DNA of 64,000 bases from Candidatus Omnitrophota bacterium. Its GTDB lineage: Bacteria > Omnitrophota > Omnitrophia > Omnitrophales > Aquincolibacteriaceae. Below are positions 47,805 through 60,275 of this stretch, in pieces. The position numbers and the translations under genes are program-made. The notes beneath the pieces were generated by a model that saw nothing but the letters and a program-made list of their open reading frames with translations, searched no databases and had not been told where the DNA came from. The stretch spans positions 191,608-255,607 of the forward strand of contig JAYTHE010000002.1 in NCBI GenBank assembly GCA_043732705.1, read 5' to 3'. Numbering within the stretch: position 1 is the first letter of the stretch; every line of letters begins with the position of its first letter.

Positions 47805-48461
47805 ATGAAAGCATTTTCCTTTCTCTTTCTTTTTTGTTTAAGCATTGGCATGGCTTCCGCTGAGCCATCATCTGCCTTGAAACCCCAAGAAGAAGCTTGG
47901 GTTGAGACAGGCATGCAAGCCGTTCAAGCTAATCATTTGCAAGAAGCCTTAGCTGATTTTCGGCAAGCCAAAAAAATTAATCCAAATTTTGCACCCGCTT
48001 TTGTTGGGGAGGCGCAAGTTTTAACGCTGCAGAATGCTTGGGATGAGGCCTTGGCTGTTTTAAACCGCGCAATTCAGCTCGCCCCTCAGTTTGGTATTGC
48101 CTATCATAATCGCGGCGTTCTTCATTATTATAGAAAAGAATACCTTGATGCTCATGCTGATTTGAGAAAAGCAATTAATTTAGGGGAATCGGTAGACCAG
48201 GATTTGCTTTTTCAGGTTTGGGGCGCGGCGTTTCCCGGTGATGCCGTACAATTGATGACTGAACAAATTGCTAAAAATTCGCTGGACGGTGAATCTTACT
48301 TGAATCGCGGCATTGCTTACTTTTATCAAAATAATTATCAAAAAGCGCTCAACGACTGGAAGAAAGCCAAGGAACTAGGTGCGCCGCCGGATGCAGGCAT
48401 GTGGCAAGAATTGGAAAAGAAGATTCAAATGAACAAAGGCTTGAAGCATGCGGCCAACTAA
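47805..48461 (+). CDS. Secreted tetratricopeptide-repeat protein
   Basis: Signal peptide. Repeated A-x-x-x-F/Y-x-x-A-x-x-x-N-P TPR-like units (AYHNRGVLHYYRKEYLDAHADLRKAINL). Confidence 0.6.
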   Translation: MKAFSFLFLFCLSIGMASAEPSSALKPQEEAWVETGMQAVQANHLQEALADFRQAKKINPNFAPAFVGEAQVLTLQNAWDEALAVLNRAIQLAPQFGIAYHNRGVLHYYRKEYLDAHADLRKAINLGESVDQDLLFQVWGAAFPGDAVQLMTEQIAKNSLDGESYLNRGIAYFYQNNYQKALNDWKKAKELGAPPDAGMWQELEKKIQMNKGLKHAAN

Positions 48462-48984
48462 ATCTAAAGGCCAATCCTTTTTTGTTTTTTTTGCGGCTGC
48501 TGTTTTTTTAATTTTATCTTTGTTTCCGGCATATGCCGCTCCTAAACCTAAAAAGCTGGTTTTAAAAGCCCGCCTTTTTAAAGTCGAAGCCTTTTCTCCC
48601 GAAACAGTCGTGGACGCGCTCGATGCTTCCTCGGCTCAAGGGGCTCTTCCCACGGCTTCAGTGTCCTTTCTGATTAAAGATGTTTTGCGCGGAGAATTGC
48701 CTCTGCAAAAACGGCAGGGGAATGCCGGCTCGGTGATAGGGCAGGCTCAAGACGCTGTGAAAGAAAAGAGTTTTTTAAAACTTGTTACGATGGACTTTGA
48801 AAACCCTGATGTGGAACATGAAGATCGTCCGCGTTGGTTTATTGTGGGCGTTCAAAGTCCTCTGGAGTCTTTTAAAATTTTATCCTGGAAAGATTTGCCC
48901 CCAGAGCCTTATCGTCTTGTCCTTTCAAAAGAAAATGATTCCGCGGGCTGGATATTGGAATCCTCGGAGAAAAGCTTCTCTTAA
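48448..48984 (+). CDS. Hypothetical secreted protein
   Basis: Signal peptide (FFVFFAAAVFLILSLFPAYAAP). No motif. Confidence 0.45.
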   Translation: MRPTKSKGQSFFVFFAAAVFLILSLFPAYAAPKPKKLVLKARLFKVEAFSPETVVDALDASSAQGALPTASVSFLIKDVLRGELPLQKRQGNAGSVIGQAQDAVKEKSFLKLVTMDFENPDVEHEDRPRWFIVGVQSPLESFKILSWKDLPPEPYRLVLSKENDSAGWILESSEKSFS

Positions 48985-48999
48985 TCCTCCGGTAAAGTA

Positions 49000-49055
49000 T
49001 TTACACGTACTTTACATGTTCATCACGCACCCTTGACGTGCTTTTTCTATCATTC
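49000..49055 (+). promoter_or_regulatory. Pho-box-like array of direct hexamer repeats with 11-bp periodicity upstream of the porin-pst operon
   Basis: TTTACAcgtacTTTACAtgttcATCACGcacccTTGACGtgcttTTTCTA. TT(A/T/C)ACA-type hexamers spaced 11 bp apart, as for PhoP/PhoB-type response-regulator sites, about 60-110 bp upstream of the porin ATG. Confidence 0.35.
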
Positions 49056-49109
49056 ACCCGTTTGAATTTTGTTTGGGACTCTTTAATCTTGCAATGAAGG
49101 TGATGACAC

Positions 49110-50543
49110 ATGAAAAATAATCTCATTCTCCGCGCTTTAAGCCTCGTGATTGTCGCGGCTTTCAGCCTTACCGCAACCGTATTCGCGCAGGATGCGAATC
49201 TCAACAAGCTCGTTGAACAAATGCAGCAGCAAATGTCTCAAATGCAGCAAACGATTAATTCGCAAAATGCGAAAATTGCTTCGATTGAAGGTCAAACGGG
49301 CGGCAAAAATATCGGCAAGCCGGTTGACCCGCAAGTCGAAGAGCAAAAAATCAAGACCATGTTTGAAAAACAGCTTGGTAAAGAGTATGCAACTTTCAAA
49401 GATTTAAAGTTTGCAGGCGATCTTCGTTTGCGTTATGAAGCTTTCCATAACACCAACAACAGCACGACGGCAGTAAATTTGAATGATCGGAATCGTTTCC
49501 GTTATCGTTTGCGCATGGGCCTTGAGAAAAAATTTAGCGATGAAATCATGGCGGGGTTTTCACTTGCTTCTGGTTCAACAACGGATGCGACGTCAACAAA
49601 CTCAACTCTCACGGGTAATTTTAACTTTGACAGCATCTTGATTGAACGCGTCTGGGCAACGTATACGCCGAATTGGACCAATGTCGGACCGATTTCTAAA
49701 ACCGAAGTTACAGCAGGTAAATTTAAAAATCCTTTCGAAACGGGCTCGTCCGATATGATTTGGGACCGTGACGTTCGCCCCGAAGGTATTTATGAAAAGG
49801 CAGACTTTCGTTTGGTTGACGGCGAAGAGTTTAAGTTGGGTGGTTATGCGACAGCAGGTCAGTTTGTCCTCAATGAAACGGGTACGGCAATTAGCGCTGG
49901 AACAACGGATGCTAATTTGTTTGCGTATCAAATTGGTTTGAATCCGAAGTTTAAAGTTCCTGGAATGGAAAAGCCTGTGAGCTGGCTTTCTGCAGCATCG
50001 ATGTATGACTTTAGCCAATTTGCGGAAAATAGTAACTTTACATCTGGCGGTGTAACAACACGCAATCCGAATATTGCCGGTTCCGCAACACAGCTTGATG
50101 CTGCCGACTTTATGATCTTTGAGTGGTATAACGAATTTAAGTTTCAGCCGATTGCATCACTTCCGATTATGCGTACATCTTTTGATTGGGCGCGTAATGC
50201 AAATGAAAAAGCGCCTGAGTCTTCATACGGTAATTTCAATGACGCGTGGGCGGTTGGTTTTACTCTCGGTGAAGCGAAGACAAAAGGTCAATGGGAAGCT
50301 GGTTATACCTACAAATATATTGCCCCGAACTCCGTAGTGGGACAATTTGCGGACAGTGACTTTGGTGACGGATACTCCGATAAGCAGGGAAGTCAGATTA
50401 AAGCGAAGTATATGCTCACGGATTACCTCGAGCTTGGCGGGACAGCTTTCTATGTAAGAAATGTCTCGAACTTGGCGGCATTGGGAAGCAGCCCCGAATA
50501 TCTTACGCAGCGTTATCAGCTTGATCTTGTTTGGAAGTGGTAA
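49110..50543 (+). CDS. Putative phosphate-selective porin (OprO/OprP-like outer-membrane beta-barrel)
   Basis: Signal peptide, an N-terminal Gln-rich coiled coil, a beta-strand-rich body and a C-terminal aromatic residue (VWKW). Located directly upstream of pstSCAB. Confidence 0.5.
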   Translation: MKNNLILRALSLVIVAAFSLTATVFAQDANLNKLVEQMQQQMSQMQQTINSQNAKIASIEGQTGGKNIGKPVDPQVEEQKIKTMFEKQLGKEYATFKDLKFAGDLRLRYEAFHNTNNSTTAVNLNDRNRFRYRLRMGLEKKFSDEIMAGFSLASGSTTDATSTNSTLTGNFNFDSILIERVWATYTPNWTNVGPISKTEVTAGKFKNPFETGSSDMIWDRDVRPEGIYEKADFRLVDGEEFKLGGYATAGQFVLNETGTAISAGTTDANLFAYQIGLNPKFKVPGMEKPVSWLSAASMYDFSQFAENSNFTSGGVTTRNPNIAGSATQLDAADFMIFEWYNEFKFQPIASLPIMRTSFDWARNANEKAPESSYGNFNDAWAVGFTLGEAKTKGQWEAGYTYKYIAPNSVVGQFADSDFGDGYSDKQGSQIKAKYMLTDYLELGGTAFYVRNVSNLAALGSSPEYLTQRYQLDLVWKW

Positions 50544-50748
50544 CAGTCGTGTTTTTACCGTTGAGTTTTACTCAGCAGGCGAAGAGTAGCAGTCCAAACA
50601 CCGTTCCGCTGCTTCACTTGGGTGGCGGGGCGGAATGGGCGACTTTACTTAGAATTTACAAATCGACTTTGAAGGTTTCTTTAAGATAAGCGTCCTAGCC
50701 ATGATAAATAAAAGTTTCTGGTTTCTCAAAAAAACGAAGGAAGAAAAT

Positions 50749-51735
50749 ATGAAAAATAAAACACAGTTTCTGGCCACGGTGATGGCCTTTTTTGCGATGA
50801 GTGTTTCCGCTGCTTATGCCGCAGGCACAATTGCTGTCGATGGGTCCAGCACGGTTTATCCGATCACGGAAGCGGTTGCTGAAGAGTTTCAGAAGCAGGG
50901 TGACGGTTCCATGGTAACCGTCGGCATTGCTGGAACAGGCGGAGGTTTTAAGCGTTTTTGCAAAGGTGAAACCGATATCTCGGATGCGTCTCGTCCTATT
51001 AAGACCAAAGAAATTGATCAATGTTTTGATGCCGGCATTGAATATGTTGAGCTTCCGATTGCCTTTGACGGGTTGGCTGTCGTTGTGAACCCCAAAAATG
51101 ATTGGGCAGCAACTTTGACAACCGCCGAACTCAAGAAAATGTGGTCGCCGGAAGCTCAGGGCAAGATCACAAATTGGAAACAAATTCGCGCGGGTTTTCC
51201 TGATAAGCCGTTGAAGTTAGCCGGCCCCGGAACAGATTCAGGGACTTTTGATTATTTTACCGAAGCGATTAATGGCAAACAAAGCGCGAGTCGCGGGGAC
51301 TATATTGCCAGTGAAGACGATAATGTTCTCGTTCAAGCCGTCTCGGGCGATACCGGGGCTTTAGGATACTTTGGTATGTCTTATTTAGAAGAAAATAAAG
51401 ACAAACTTAAAGCTGTTGGTGTGGATGGCGGCAATGGTGCCGTGCTTCCTTCAGCGGAAACGGTTATTGCCGGAACGTACCAGCCGCTTTCACGGCCGCT
51501 TTTTATTTATGTGAATAAAAAATCTTTGTCGAAGCCCGAAGTTCAAGCTTTTGTGGAATATTACATCCAGAATGCGGCAAAACTTGTAAAGGAAGTGGGT
51601 TATGTTCCGCTGCCGCAAGAAGCTTATAATTACTCGGTGAATAAGCTGAAGAGCCAGAAAATCGGCTCGCTTTTTAAGGGCAAAGGTGCGGTCGGGTTTA
51701 AAATTTCTGATTTAATTGCGAAAGAAAAAAAGTAA
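50749..51735 (+). CDS. pstS: Phosphate ABC transporter substrate-binding protein
   Basis: Signal peptide, then [22 protein letters not shown] ... SDASRP, the PstS fold signature. Start at ATG 50749 (MKNKTQF). Confidence 0.85.
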   Translation: MKNKTQFLATVMAFFAMSVSAAYAAGTIAVDGSSTVYPITEAVAEEFQKQGDGSMVTVGIAGTGGGFKRFCKGETDISDASRPIKTKEIDQCFDAGIEYVELPIAFDGLAVVVNPKNDWAATLTTAELKKMWSPEAQGKITNWKQIRAGFPDKPLKLAGPGTDSGTFDYFTEAINGKQSASRGDYIASEDDNVLVQAVSGDTGALGYFGMSYLEENKDKLKAVGVDGGNGAVLPSAETVIAGTYQPLSRPLFIYVNKKSLSKPEVQAFVEYYIQNAAKLVKEVGYVPLPQEAYNYSVNKLKSQKIGSLFKGKGAVGFKISDLIAKEKK

Positions 51736-51766
51736 TTGATTTTTGGGTAGGGAACCCCTAATCTCC

Positions 51767-51846
51767 GAGGACTTCCGGCAAACAGTTGCGCGTCAAGCGC
51801 AGAATAAACTATAACTGTTAGCCGGAAGTCCTCACTCTTTTTTCTA
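51767..51846 (+). terminator. Stem-loop plus T-tract between pstS and pstC (attenuator/terminator)
   Basis: GAGGACTTCCGGC ... GCCGGAAGTCCTC (13-bp arms) followed by ACTCTTTTTTCT. Confidence 0.5.
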
Positions 51847-51896
51847 GCTCTGAGCAAAAGTTCAATCGTATTTTTTGAGGATCGAGAGCAGTATTT

Positions 51897-52790
51897 ATGA
51901 AAAAATTGATTTCAAGAAGCCGGCAAGAAAAAAATATTCAATACATACTTTTATTTTGCGCGTGCGTGTCTGTTCTTACCACGCTTGGAATTATTTTCGT
52001 ACTGTCCTATGAAACTTTTGAATTTTTCAGAGAAGTTTCTTTTTTTCAATTTATAACCGACCAGCAGTGGACGCCGCTTTTTTCCGATAAGCATTTCGGT
52101 ATTTTACCGCTTCTTTGCGGAACTTTTTTAACCTCAGCTATTGCGCTTGTTGTGGCGGCCCCGCTTGGAATTATCATTGCGGTTTATTTAAGTGAATACG
52201 CATCGCCGCGCTTTCGAAGAGTGATTAAGCCAATTCTTGAGGTTCTTGCCGGTGTCCCGACTGTTATTTATGGTTATTTCGCGCTGCTTTTTGTGACGCC
52301 TCTTTTACAAAAAGTGATTCCAAGCTTGCCTGGGTTCAACGCGCTTTCACCGGGACTTGTGATGGGTATTATGATTTTGCCGCTTATTTCGTCTCTCTCT
52401 GAAGATGCAATGTATGCCGTGCCGCAAAGCTTGCGCAATGCCGCGTACGCTTTGGGCTCATCCAAGCTGCAGGTATCTTTTAAGGTCGTGATACCATCGG
52501 CATTCTCCGGTATCACCGCCTCATTTATTTTGGCGATTTCACGTGCAATCGGCGAAACCATGCTTGTCGCGATTGCCGCAGGACAAATGGCAAATGTGAC
52601 GCTTAATCCGCTCCAACCCGTGATGACGATGACAGCTTTTATTGTTGAGGTGAGCTTGGGAGATGTTCCAAGCGGAACATTGGAGTACCGGACTATTTTC
52701 GCGGTGGGCACCATGTTGTTCTTGCTGACTTTTGGTTTAAATATAATCGGGCATAAGCTTCGCCGGCGTTTTCGTGAGGTATACGCATGA
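51897..52790 (+). CDS. pstC: Phosphate ABC transporter permease
   Basis: Six TM helices and an EAA-like loop ([22 protein letters not shown]). Confidence 0.85.
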   Translation: MKKLISRSRQEKNIQYILLFCACVSVLTTLGIIFVLSYETFEFFREVSFFQFITDQQWTPLFSDKHFGILPLLCGTFLTSAIALVVAAPLGIIIAVYLSEYASPRFRRVIKPILEVLAGVPTVIYGYFALLFVTPLLQKVIPSLPGFNALSPGLVMGIMILPLISSLSEDAMYAVPQSLRNAAYALGSSKLQVSFKVVIPSAFSGITASFILAISRAIGETMLVAIAAGQMANVTLNPLQPVMTMTAFIVEVSLGDVPSGTLEYRTIFAVGTMLFLLTFGLNIIGHKLRRRFREVYA

Positions 52791-53677
52791 TTCACGGTAG
52801 TATTCCGATTGAGCGGGTGATTGCGTCGCAAAAACGGAACGAAATTATTTTTAAAATGATCGCGTGGTTTGCGATGGCGGTAGCCTTTCTGACTTTGGGA
52901 TTACTTTTATATGACGCACTTTCTGATGGTTTAAGACGCTTGGACTGGCAATTTCTTACGAGCTTTCCATCGCGTAAGCCGGAACGGGCCGGAATTTACG
53001 CGTCCTTGTTCGGAAGTATTTTTGTTGTTTCATTGACCATTGCTTTGGCCATTCCTCTGGGAGTCGCGGCGGCGGTTTATCTTGAAGAGTACGCTTCTAA
53101 AAACCGGTTTAGCCGGATGATTGAAATTAATATTACCAATCTTGCCGGCGTGCCTTCGATTATTTATGGAATTTTGGGCCTCGAGCTTTTTGTAAGGGCC
53201 ATCAAGCTGAATCGCAGTGTGATGGCAGGCGCGATGACATTGGCGCTTTTAGTGCTTCCAACGATTATTATTTCCGCGCGCGAAGCGATTAGAACCGTGC
53301 CGAACTCCATTAAAGAAGCGGCGTATGCTCTTGGAGCGACAAAGTGGCGCACAACAAAAGATCATGTGCTGCCTTTAGCTTTTCCAGGAATCTTAACGGG
53401 CGTGATTCTCGCGGTTTCGCGCGCAATTGGAGAAACCGCGCCGCTGATTATGCTTGGTGCTTTAACTTATGTCGCTTTTTTGCCAAAAAGTATTCTTTCG
53501 CCTTTTACTGTTTTACCGATCCAGATTTTTAATTGGGTTTCACGCCCGCAAAAAGGGTTTCATGATTGTGCAGCGGCAGGGATTGTAATGTTATTATTTG
53601 TCACGCTTGTGCTTAATGCCCTGGCGATTTTATTGCGTAATTATTTTCAACGAAAGTTTTCAGTGAGATCTTTATGA
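52787..53677 (+). CDS. pstA: Phosphate ABC transporter permease
   Basis: PstA-type permease. [29 protein letters not shown]. Confidence 0.85.
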   Translation: MIHGSIPIERVIASQKRNEIIFKMIAWFAMAVAFLTLGLLLYDALSDGLRRLDWQFLTSFPSRKPERAGIYASLFGSIFVVSLTIALAIPLGVAAAVYLEEYASKNRFSRMIEINITNLAGVPSIIYGILGLELFVRAIKLNRSVMAGAMTLALLVLPTIIISAREAIRTVPNSIKEAAYALGATKWRTTKDHVLPLAFPGILTGVILAVSRAIGETAPLIMLGALTYVAFLPKSILSPFTVLPIQIFNWVSRPQKGFHDCAAAGIVMLLFVTLVLNALAILLRNYFQRKFSVRSL

Positions 53678-54450
53678 CAAATTCCCCAAATTTAGACGAC
53701 ATGGTTTTGCAGGTTAAAAATTTAAATGCCTGGTATGACAAGTTTCATGCTTTAAAAGACATCAACATGGGTATCCGGAAAAATGTTGTGACCGCGATGA
53801 TCGGGCCGTCCGGCTGCGGCAAATCAACTTTGATCCGCTGTTTTAACCGTATGAATGATTTCGTTTCGACCTTTCGCCAAACCGGACAAATTTTGTTTGA
53901 TGGGCAGGACTTAAGCGATAAAACCATTGATCCGGTTGAAGTTCGAATTAAAGTCGGAATGGTTTTTCAAAAGCAAAACCCTTTCCCAAAATCGATTTAT
54001 GACAATGTCACTTATGGTCCGCGTATTATGGGCGTGAAACAAAAAAGCCGCTTGGATTCAGTGGTCGAGGAGAGTTTGAAAAAAGCCGCACTTTGGGATG
54101 AGGTGAAACATAAACTGAAAACCAGCGCGCTTTCGCTTTCCGGAGGACAGCAGCAACGCCTTTGTATCGCGCGCGCGCTTGCGATGGAACCGGAGGTGCT
54201 TCTGCTGGATGAGCCCTGTTCCGCGCTGGATCCGATTGCCACGGCAAAAATTGAAGAATTGATTATTGAGTTGAAAAAAAATTACACGATTTTGATCGTC
54301 ACGCACAACATGCAGCAAGCCGCCCGCGTTAGTGACTACACGGCCTATCTTTATCTGGGGCAATTGATTGAATATGATGAAACGACCAAGATTTTTACGG
54401 CGCCGGATAAGAAAGAAACAGAAGACTACATCACCGGTCGCATGGGGTAG
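53674..54450 (+). CDS. pstB: Phosphate ABC transporter ATP-binding protein
   Basis: [19 protein letters not shown] ... [16 protein letters not shown] ... [11 protein letters not shown]. Confidence 0.9.
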   Translation: MTNSPNLDDMVLQVKNLNAWYDKFHALKDINMGIRKNVVTAMIGPSGCGKSTLIRCFNRMNDFVSTFRQTGQILFDGQDLSDKTIDPVEVRIKVGMVFQKQNPFPKSIYDNVTYGPRIMGVKQKSRLDSVVEESLKKAALWDEVKHKLKTSALSLSGGQQQRLCIARALAMEPEVLLLDEPCSALDPIATAKIEELIIELKKNYTILIVTHNMQQAARVSDYTAYLYLGQLIEYDETTKIFTAPDKKETEDYITGRMG

Positions 54451-54685
54451 GTTCGCTGAAAAGCCATCATCTGCGTCGTTGCAAGCTCACAACTTTCGTC
54501 AACGTATTTCTCCATACGCCTCCTCAGTTTTTTCGCTTGCGCCTAGCATCTGAAGACTTTTGAGCGAACCACTAACTTAGATGATTTTCATGTGGAGTCA
54601 TTCGATCGTTCCTTGTATCCGGAGCTTTTTGTTCGGTTTGCGATTTCAATCTGCTGCCCCGCAGCTCCTCTGCTATAATTCTTTT

Positions 54686-55171
54686 ATGACAGATATTGAA
54701 TCCGCACTTACTCCGGGGCCGAAAAAAAATCCATGGATTGCTTTCTTTTTGACACTTCTTTTTCCAGGGCTCGGGCATTTTTATGTCGGCAATAAATTTT
54801 CGGCGCTAGCGTATGTGATTATTACGACCGGGATTTATATCAGTTATTTTTCCGCACATTCTTTTTTAGCCCGGACTGCGGTTCTTTTTATCGTGCCTTT
54901 TTTTGTTTTCCCCGCGGCACGCGATGCTGTTGCTGTAGCCAGAGGAAAGAAACGTTCCGTAACGGGCGAAGAGTCGCGGATTTATGTCGTTTGGATGCTT
55001 TGCTGCGTAGGGCCGTTCGCGATTCCGCTTTTATGGCAGAATAAAAAGTTCTCCCTGCCCGTCAAAATCGTGTGGACGGTTGTTGTTGTTGCGATTGTCG
55101 CCATGTTTCTCTCCGCGATCGCGGTATTAGGAAAAAGTTATGATCAAATTGCTCAAGCGATCAATATGTGA
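54686..55171 (+). CDS. TM2-domain membrane protein
   Basis: FFLTLLFPGLGHFYVGN matches the G-x-x-G-x-H-x-FY-x-G TM2 signature. Start at the internal ATG 54686. Confidence 0.45.
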   Translation: MTDIESALTPGPKKNPWIAFFLTLLFPGLGHFYVGNKFSALAYVIITTGIYISYFSAHSFLARTAVLFIVPFFVFPAARDAVAVARGKKRSVTGEESRIYVVWMLCCVGPFAIPLLWQNKKFSLPVKIVWTVVVVAIVAMFLSAIAVLGKSYDQIAQAINM

Positions 55172-55625
55172 TCCAGCTGTAAGCCGTAAACTGTGGTTTT
55201 TCACGGGCGCGTTATTTTTTGTCTTTGGCTTAAATGCGTATGCTGCCGGAGCCGGATCGGTTTGTTTTAAAGAGACTTGCTTTCATCCCGAGATCGCACG
55301 CACCCAAGCTGAGAAACAGCATGGGCTGATGGGGCGGACGGCTTTGGCTGCGGACGAAGGCATGCTTTTTGTTTATGAGAAGGAGGTTGTTCCCGTATTT
55401 TGGATGAAAAATATGCGGATACCTCTCGATTTTGTTTGGTTAGATCGTCAAGGAAAGACAGTTGATCTTCATGAAGCGGTTTCGGCTTGCGGGCCGGGAG
55501 ATTGTCCGACGATTGCGAGTCGCAGCCCAGTTCAATATGTTTTGGAAGTTTCTGCGGGCGCAATTCAAAAAAGCGGAATTAAAATAGGCGACCCCGCCGC
55601 GATTAAATTGGGAGCAACAAATTGA
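55140..55625 (+). CDS. DUF192-family protein (COG1430)
   Basis: QHGLMGRTALAADEGMLFVYEKEVVPVFWMKNMRIPLDFVWLD is the DUF192 core. Confidence 0.65.
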   Translation: MIKLLKRSICDPAVSRKLWFFTGALFFVFGLNAYAAGAGSVCFKETCFHPEIARTQAEKQHGLMGRTALAADEGMLFVYEKEVVPVFWMKNMRIPLDFVWLDRQGKTVDLHEAVSACGPGDCPTIASRSPVQYVLEVSAGAIQKSGIKIGDPAAIKLGATN

Positions 55626-56311
55626 AGACAAGAGATTTTAAGCCGCTTTTAATGGCAATCGTTTTTGCTTTGTTTTGTCTCGGGTCTCCGGTCTCGGGTC
55701 TCCGGTCTGCTTGGGCGGACGATTGGCTTGACGGTGCGAATGGTTACGCGCGCGGAAGCGAGCAGGCAAAATTAAGCGGCAAGCCGATGATGGTTTATTT
55801 TTATACGGATTGGTGCCCGTACTGCCGCAAGTTTGAAAAACACACGCTCTCGAACCCCGATGTTCAAAAAGCATTGTCTGCTTTCATAAAAGTCCGCATT
55901 AATCCGGAAAAAGGAACGCGCGAAAATCAACTGGGCGACCAATATCGAATCGAAGGCTTCCCGTCGGTTTATTTTGAAAATCCGGCCTCCGGTCAGGCGA
56001 CGCAGGAAATGACACGTGCCTTAAAAAGCGCGAAAGACTTTATTAACGCGGCGAATGAGTTTTCAAAAGTCACGCATCCTGCGAAGCTTGAAAAGGCCGC
56101 GGCTCCGGCAGCTGCGGTTGTGCCCGTCCAGCCCGCATCTGTTCTTCCGGCGGTGACCAACGAACAAACGCTTTACTTAAAAAGCGGCCGTACAATTGAC
56201 GGTAAAGTTGTTTCCGAGGACAGCAAGGGGATTACCTTTGCTACTTCGGAGCTGGGCAAGGTTTATTTTTCGCGCGGTGAAATTTTAAAAATTGAAAAAG
56301 AAAAACAATGA
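55622..56311 (+). CDS. Thioredoxin-fold protein (secreted, WCxxC)
   Basis: Signal peptide, then MMVYFYTDWCPYCRKFEK. The heptameric repeat is embedded right after the signal-peptide h-region. Confidence 0.65.
   Translation: MKTRDFKPLLMAIVFALFCLGSPVSGLRSAWADDWLDGANGYARGSEQAKLSGKPMMVYFYTDWCPYCRKFEKHTLSNPDVQKALSAFIKVRINPEKGTRENQLGDQYRIEGFPSVYFENPASGQATQEMTRALKSAKDFINAANEFSKVTHPAKLEKAAAPAAAVVPVQPASVLPAVTNEQTLYLKSGRTIDGKVVSEDSKGITFATSELGKVYFSRGEILKIEKEKQ
55676..55710. repeat. Heptameric tandem repeat, copy 4 (in the thioredoxin-fold gene)
   Basis: TGTCTCGGGTCTCCGGTCTCGGGTCTCCGGTCTGC. Encodes GSPVSGLRS. Confidence 0.8.
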
Positions 56312-57087
56312 AGTCGGTATTAAGTATTGCAGGGTCTGACCCTTCCGGCGGCGCGGGAATTCAGGCGGACCTTAAAACTTTCCAGCATTTCGGTGTTTAT
56401 GGCATGGCGGCTGTGGCGTTGATTACCGTTCAAAACACTTTAGGGATTAAAGAAGTGCTTGTGATTCACCCCGACAAAATCAAAGCTCAAATTCTGACCG
56501 TGCTTGAAGACATTCGCCCGGACGCGGTTAAATTAGGTGCCCTCGGCCATGGTCCCGCGGTTTTAGCGGTGGCAGAGGCATTGCAAGGGTATGCCGGCCC
56601 GATTATTGCGGATCCCGTGATGCTTTCAAAAAATGGCGCACCGCTTTTAATGAAAGAAGCGGTTGCGATTTATAAGCAGAAAATTCTCCCCCTGAGTTTT
56701 CTTATCACGCCTAATTTGAGTGAGGCGGCAATTTTGGCGGGGCAGGTTGTGTTGACGGTCGATGACATGAAACTTGCGGCTCAAAAAATTCACACGCTTG
56801 GCGCTAAAAATGTTTTGGTGAAGGGGGGGCATCTCGAAGGCGATGAAGCGATAGATATTCTTTTTGACGGGAAAAATTTTGAAGTGTTTAGCGCCGAAAA
56901 AATTGTGTCTGCGCATACGCATGGGATCGGCTGCACACTTGCTTCGGCGATTGTTTCACGGCTTGTGCTAGGTGATGTTATTTATCAGGCCGTTGATCAA
57001 GCCAAGCAATTTGTTTCTGCCGCGATTCAAAGCGCCCCGCGGCTTGGCCAAGGGAATGGCCCAATCAATCACTTCGCAAGCACATGA
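56308..57087 (+). CDS. thiD: Hydroxymethylpyrimidine/phosphomethylpyrimidine kinase
   Basis: VLSIAGSDPSGGAGIQADLKTF ... VKGGH, the ThiD ribokinase-fold signature. Confidence 0.85.
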   Translation: MKSVLSIAGSDPSGGAGIQADLKTFQHFGVYGMAAVALITVQNTLGIKEVLVIHPDKIKAQILTVLEDIRPDAVKLGALGHGPAVLAVAEALQGYAGPIIADPVMLSKNGAPLLMKEAVAIYKQKILPLSFLITPNLSEAAILAGQVVLTVDDMKLAAQKIHTLGAKNVLVKGGHLEGDEAIDILFDGKNFEVFSAEKIVSAHTHGIGCTLASAIVSRLVLGDVIYQAVDQAKQFVSAAIQSAPRLGQGNGPINHFAST

Positions 57088-57120
57088 CAGCGTACCATTT
57101 ACACGTTATAATTCCGCCCT

Positions 57121-57396
57121 ATGTTTGAAAAAATCGCGCTTATCGCATCCGTCACGCTACCGCTTTGGAATATTCCGCTGATTGTGCGGGTTATACGCAG
57201 GCAATGCTCGGATGACATTAGTCTGGCGTGGGCGCTGGGGGTTTGGTTCTCTTTTCTTGCGATGGCACCGCAGGCTTTCGTGTCAAAAGATGTGGTTTGG
57301 CGCACATTCAACATTGTTAATGCGGTTATGTTTTCCGCGGTTGTTTTTACGGTTTTGTTTTATCGTTTTAAAGGAAGTAAAAAAGGAAAATGCTGA
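57121..57396 (+). CDS. Small membrane protein, hypothetical
   Basis: A 91-aa protein with three predicted TM helices. Tight spacing to neighbours. Confidence 0.4.
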   Translation: MFEKIALIASVTLPLWNIPLIVRVIRRQCSDDISLAWALGVWFSFLAMAPQAFVSKDVVWRTFNIVNAVMFSAVVFTVLFYRFKGSKKGKC

Positions 57397-58010
57397 ATAT
57401 GTCTTCAGAAAACAAAAACATTCTTTGCTGTCTTGATTTGGAAGGCGTTTTAATCCCTGAAATGTGGATCAGTGTCGCCAAGAAAACACGGATTAAAGCG
57501 CTTGAAATCACAACCCGCGAAGAACCCGATTACGATAAGCTGATGCGCTTCCGTTTAGGCGTGATGAAGAAACATGGAATCAAGCTCGCCGCTGTTCAAA
57601 AAGTAATCGCTCAAATGCGCCCGCTGCCCGGCGCCAAAACTTTTCTCGATAAACTGCGTTCAAAGTATCAGGTGATTATTCTTTCGGATACTTTTTTTGA
57701 ATTTGCCCAGCCCCTCATGAAGCAGCTTGGCTGGCCGGTGATTTTTTGTCATACACTTTCCGTGGATTCAAAAGGTTTTATTTCCGCATATCATTTGCGT
57801 CAAAAAGATCAAAAATGCAAAGCCGTTAAAGCTTTGCAGAATTTGAATTTTTATGTCCAGGCGGCGGGTGATTCTTACAATGATTTGACTATGCTGACTT
57901 CTGCGGACAAAGGTGTTTTATTCCGGACGACTGATAAAATTAAAAAAGAATATCCCAAACTTCCCGCGGTTGAGACCTACGCACAGCTTCTCAAGCAGTT
58001 TAACGCGTAA
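57390..58010 (+). CDS. thrH: Phosphoserine phosphatase / homoserine phosphotransferase (ThrH-like HAD hydrolase)
   Basis: ILCCLDLEGVLIPEMWISVAKKTRI ... TTREEPDYDKLMRFRL ... VIILSDTFFEFAQPLMKQLG ... AAGDSYNDLTML is near-colinear with Pseudomonas ThrH. Confidence 0.8.
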   Translation: MLNMSSENKNILCCLDLEGVLIPEMWISVAKKTRIKALEITTREEPDYDKLMRFRLGVMKKHGIKLAAVQKVIAQMRPLPGAKTFLDKLRSKYQVIILSDTFFEFAQPLMKQLGWPVIFCHTLSVDSKGFISAYHLRQKDQKCKAVKALQNLNFYVQAAGDSYNDLTMLTSADKGVLFRTTDKIKKEYPKLPAVETYAQLLKQFNA

Positions 58011-58608
58011 GTTAAAGCAATTATTGGTTTGCGATCATAAAAAGAATTGGATCGGGCTCAAACAACCAGTGCTTCGCCTGGAACTCGCCCGACCCAACTT
58101 TTTTTATAATCGATCTTCGCTAATGTAGGGTGAGGCAAGAATCGGAGAAACAAGGTTTCGGATTCCAAGGCGATTGAAATGCAGCCTTGGGTTTTTCTGC
58201 ATTATCCCTCAAGGCAAATAAAGTCGTTTCCCGTCATGTCTTTTTCCATTTCGGAGAATCCGAAACGGAAAAACGAATTATTGCAATTCCATTTTTTTAT
58301 AAAAATCGATTTTCTTGGTGCGGCTTGCAGAACCAAGAAAAAATGTGATGGAAACTAGTTTGCAGAGATTGAGGAAGGGAGTGGTAAATACTAATTAAAG
58401 CGTCTTCGATGGATTGATATTTACCGCTTTGTTTCTCCGCTTATTGCCCACCACCTCTTCGACGTGAAGGGCATGAAAAAGTAAATTGAAATGCGAGTTC
58501 CACAGCCGAAGGCGAGGACTGTTTGAGCAGGTCAATTTACTTTTATATGACTCAACCCAAGTTTTATTTGCAGTAAAAAATGAATTCAGATTTTTAAACT
58601 ATTTTGAA

Positions 58609-60056
<1,448 letters not shown>

Positions 60057-60275
60057 AACGTCCTTTTCTCAAGGATAAGAGCTTAATAGCCCCGTTCTCC
60101 TTAAGGTAGGCGGCTATTGTATGGAGAAAGAGGGTATTTTCAATGAATAAAAAGCAGGCCTTTGCTGTCTAAATTGTGAGTTTGATGTTTTATTTAGATT
60201 TTACTTGGGATGACTTGTTAGTTTTTAGTATAATTTCAAAATTCCGAAGGCCTTTTCAACTAGGAGTTCGATGTC

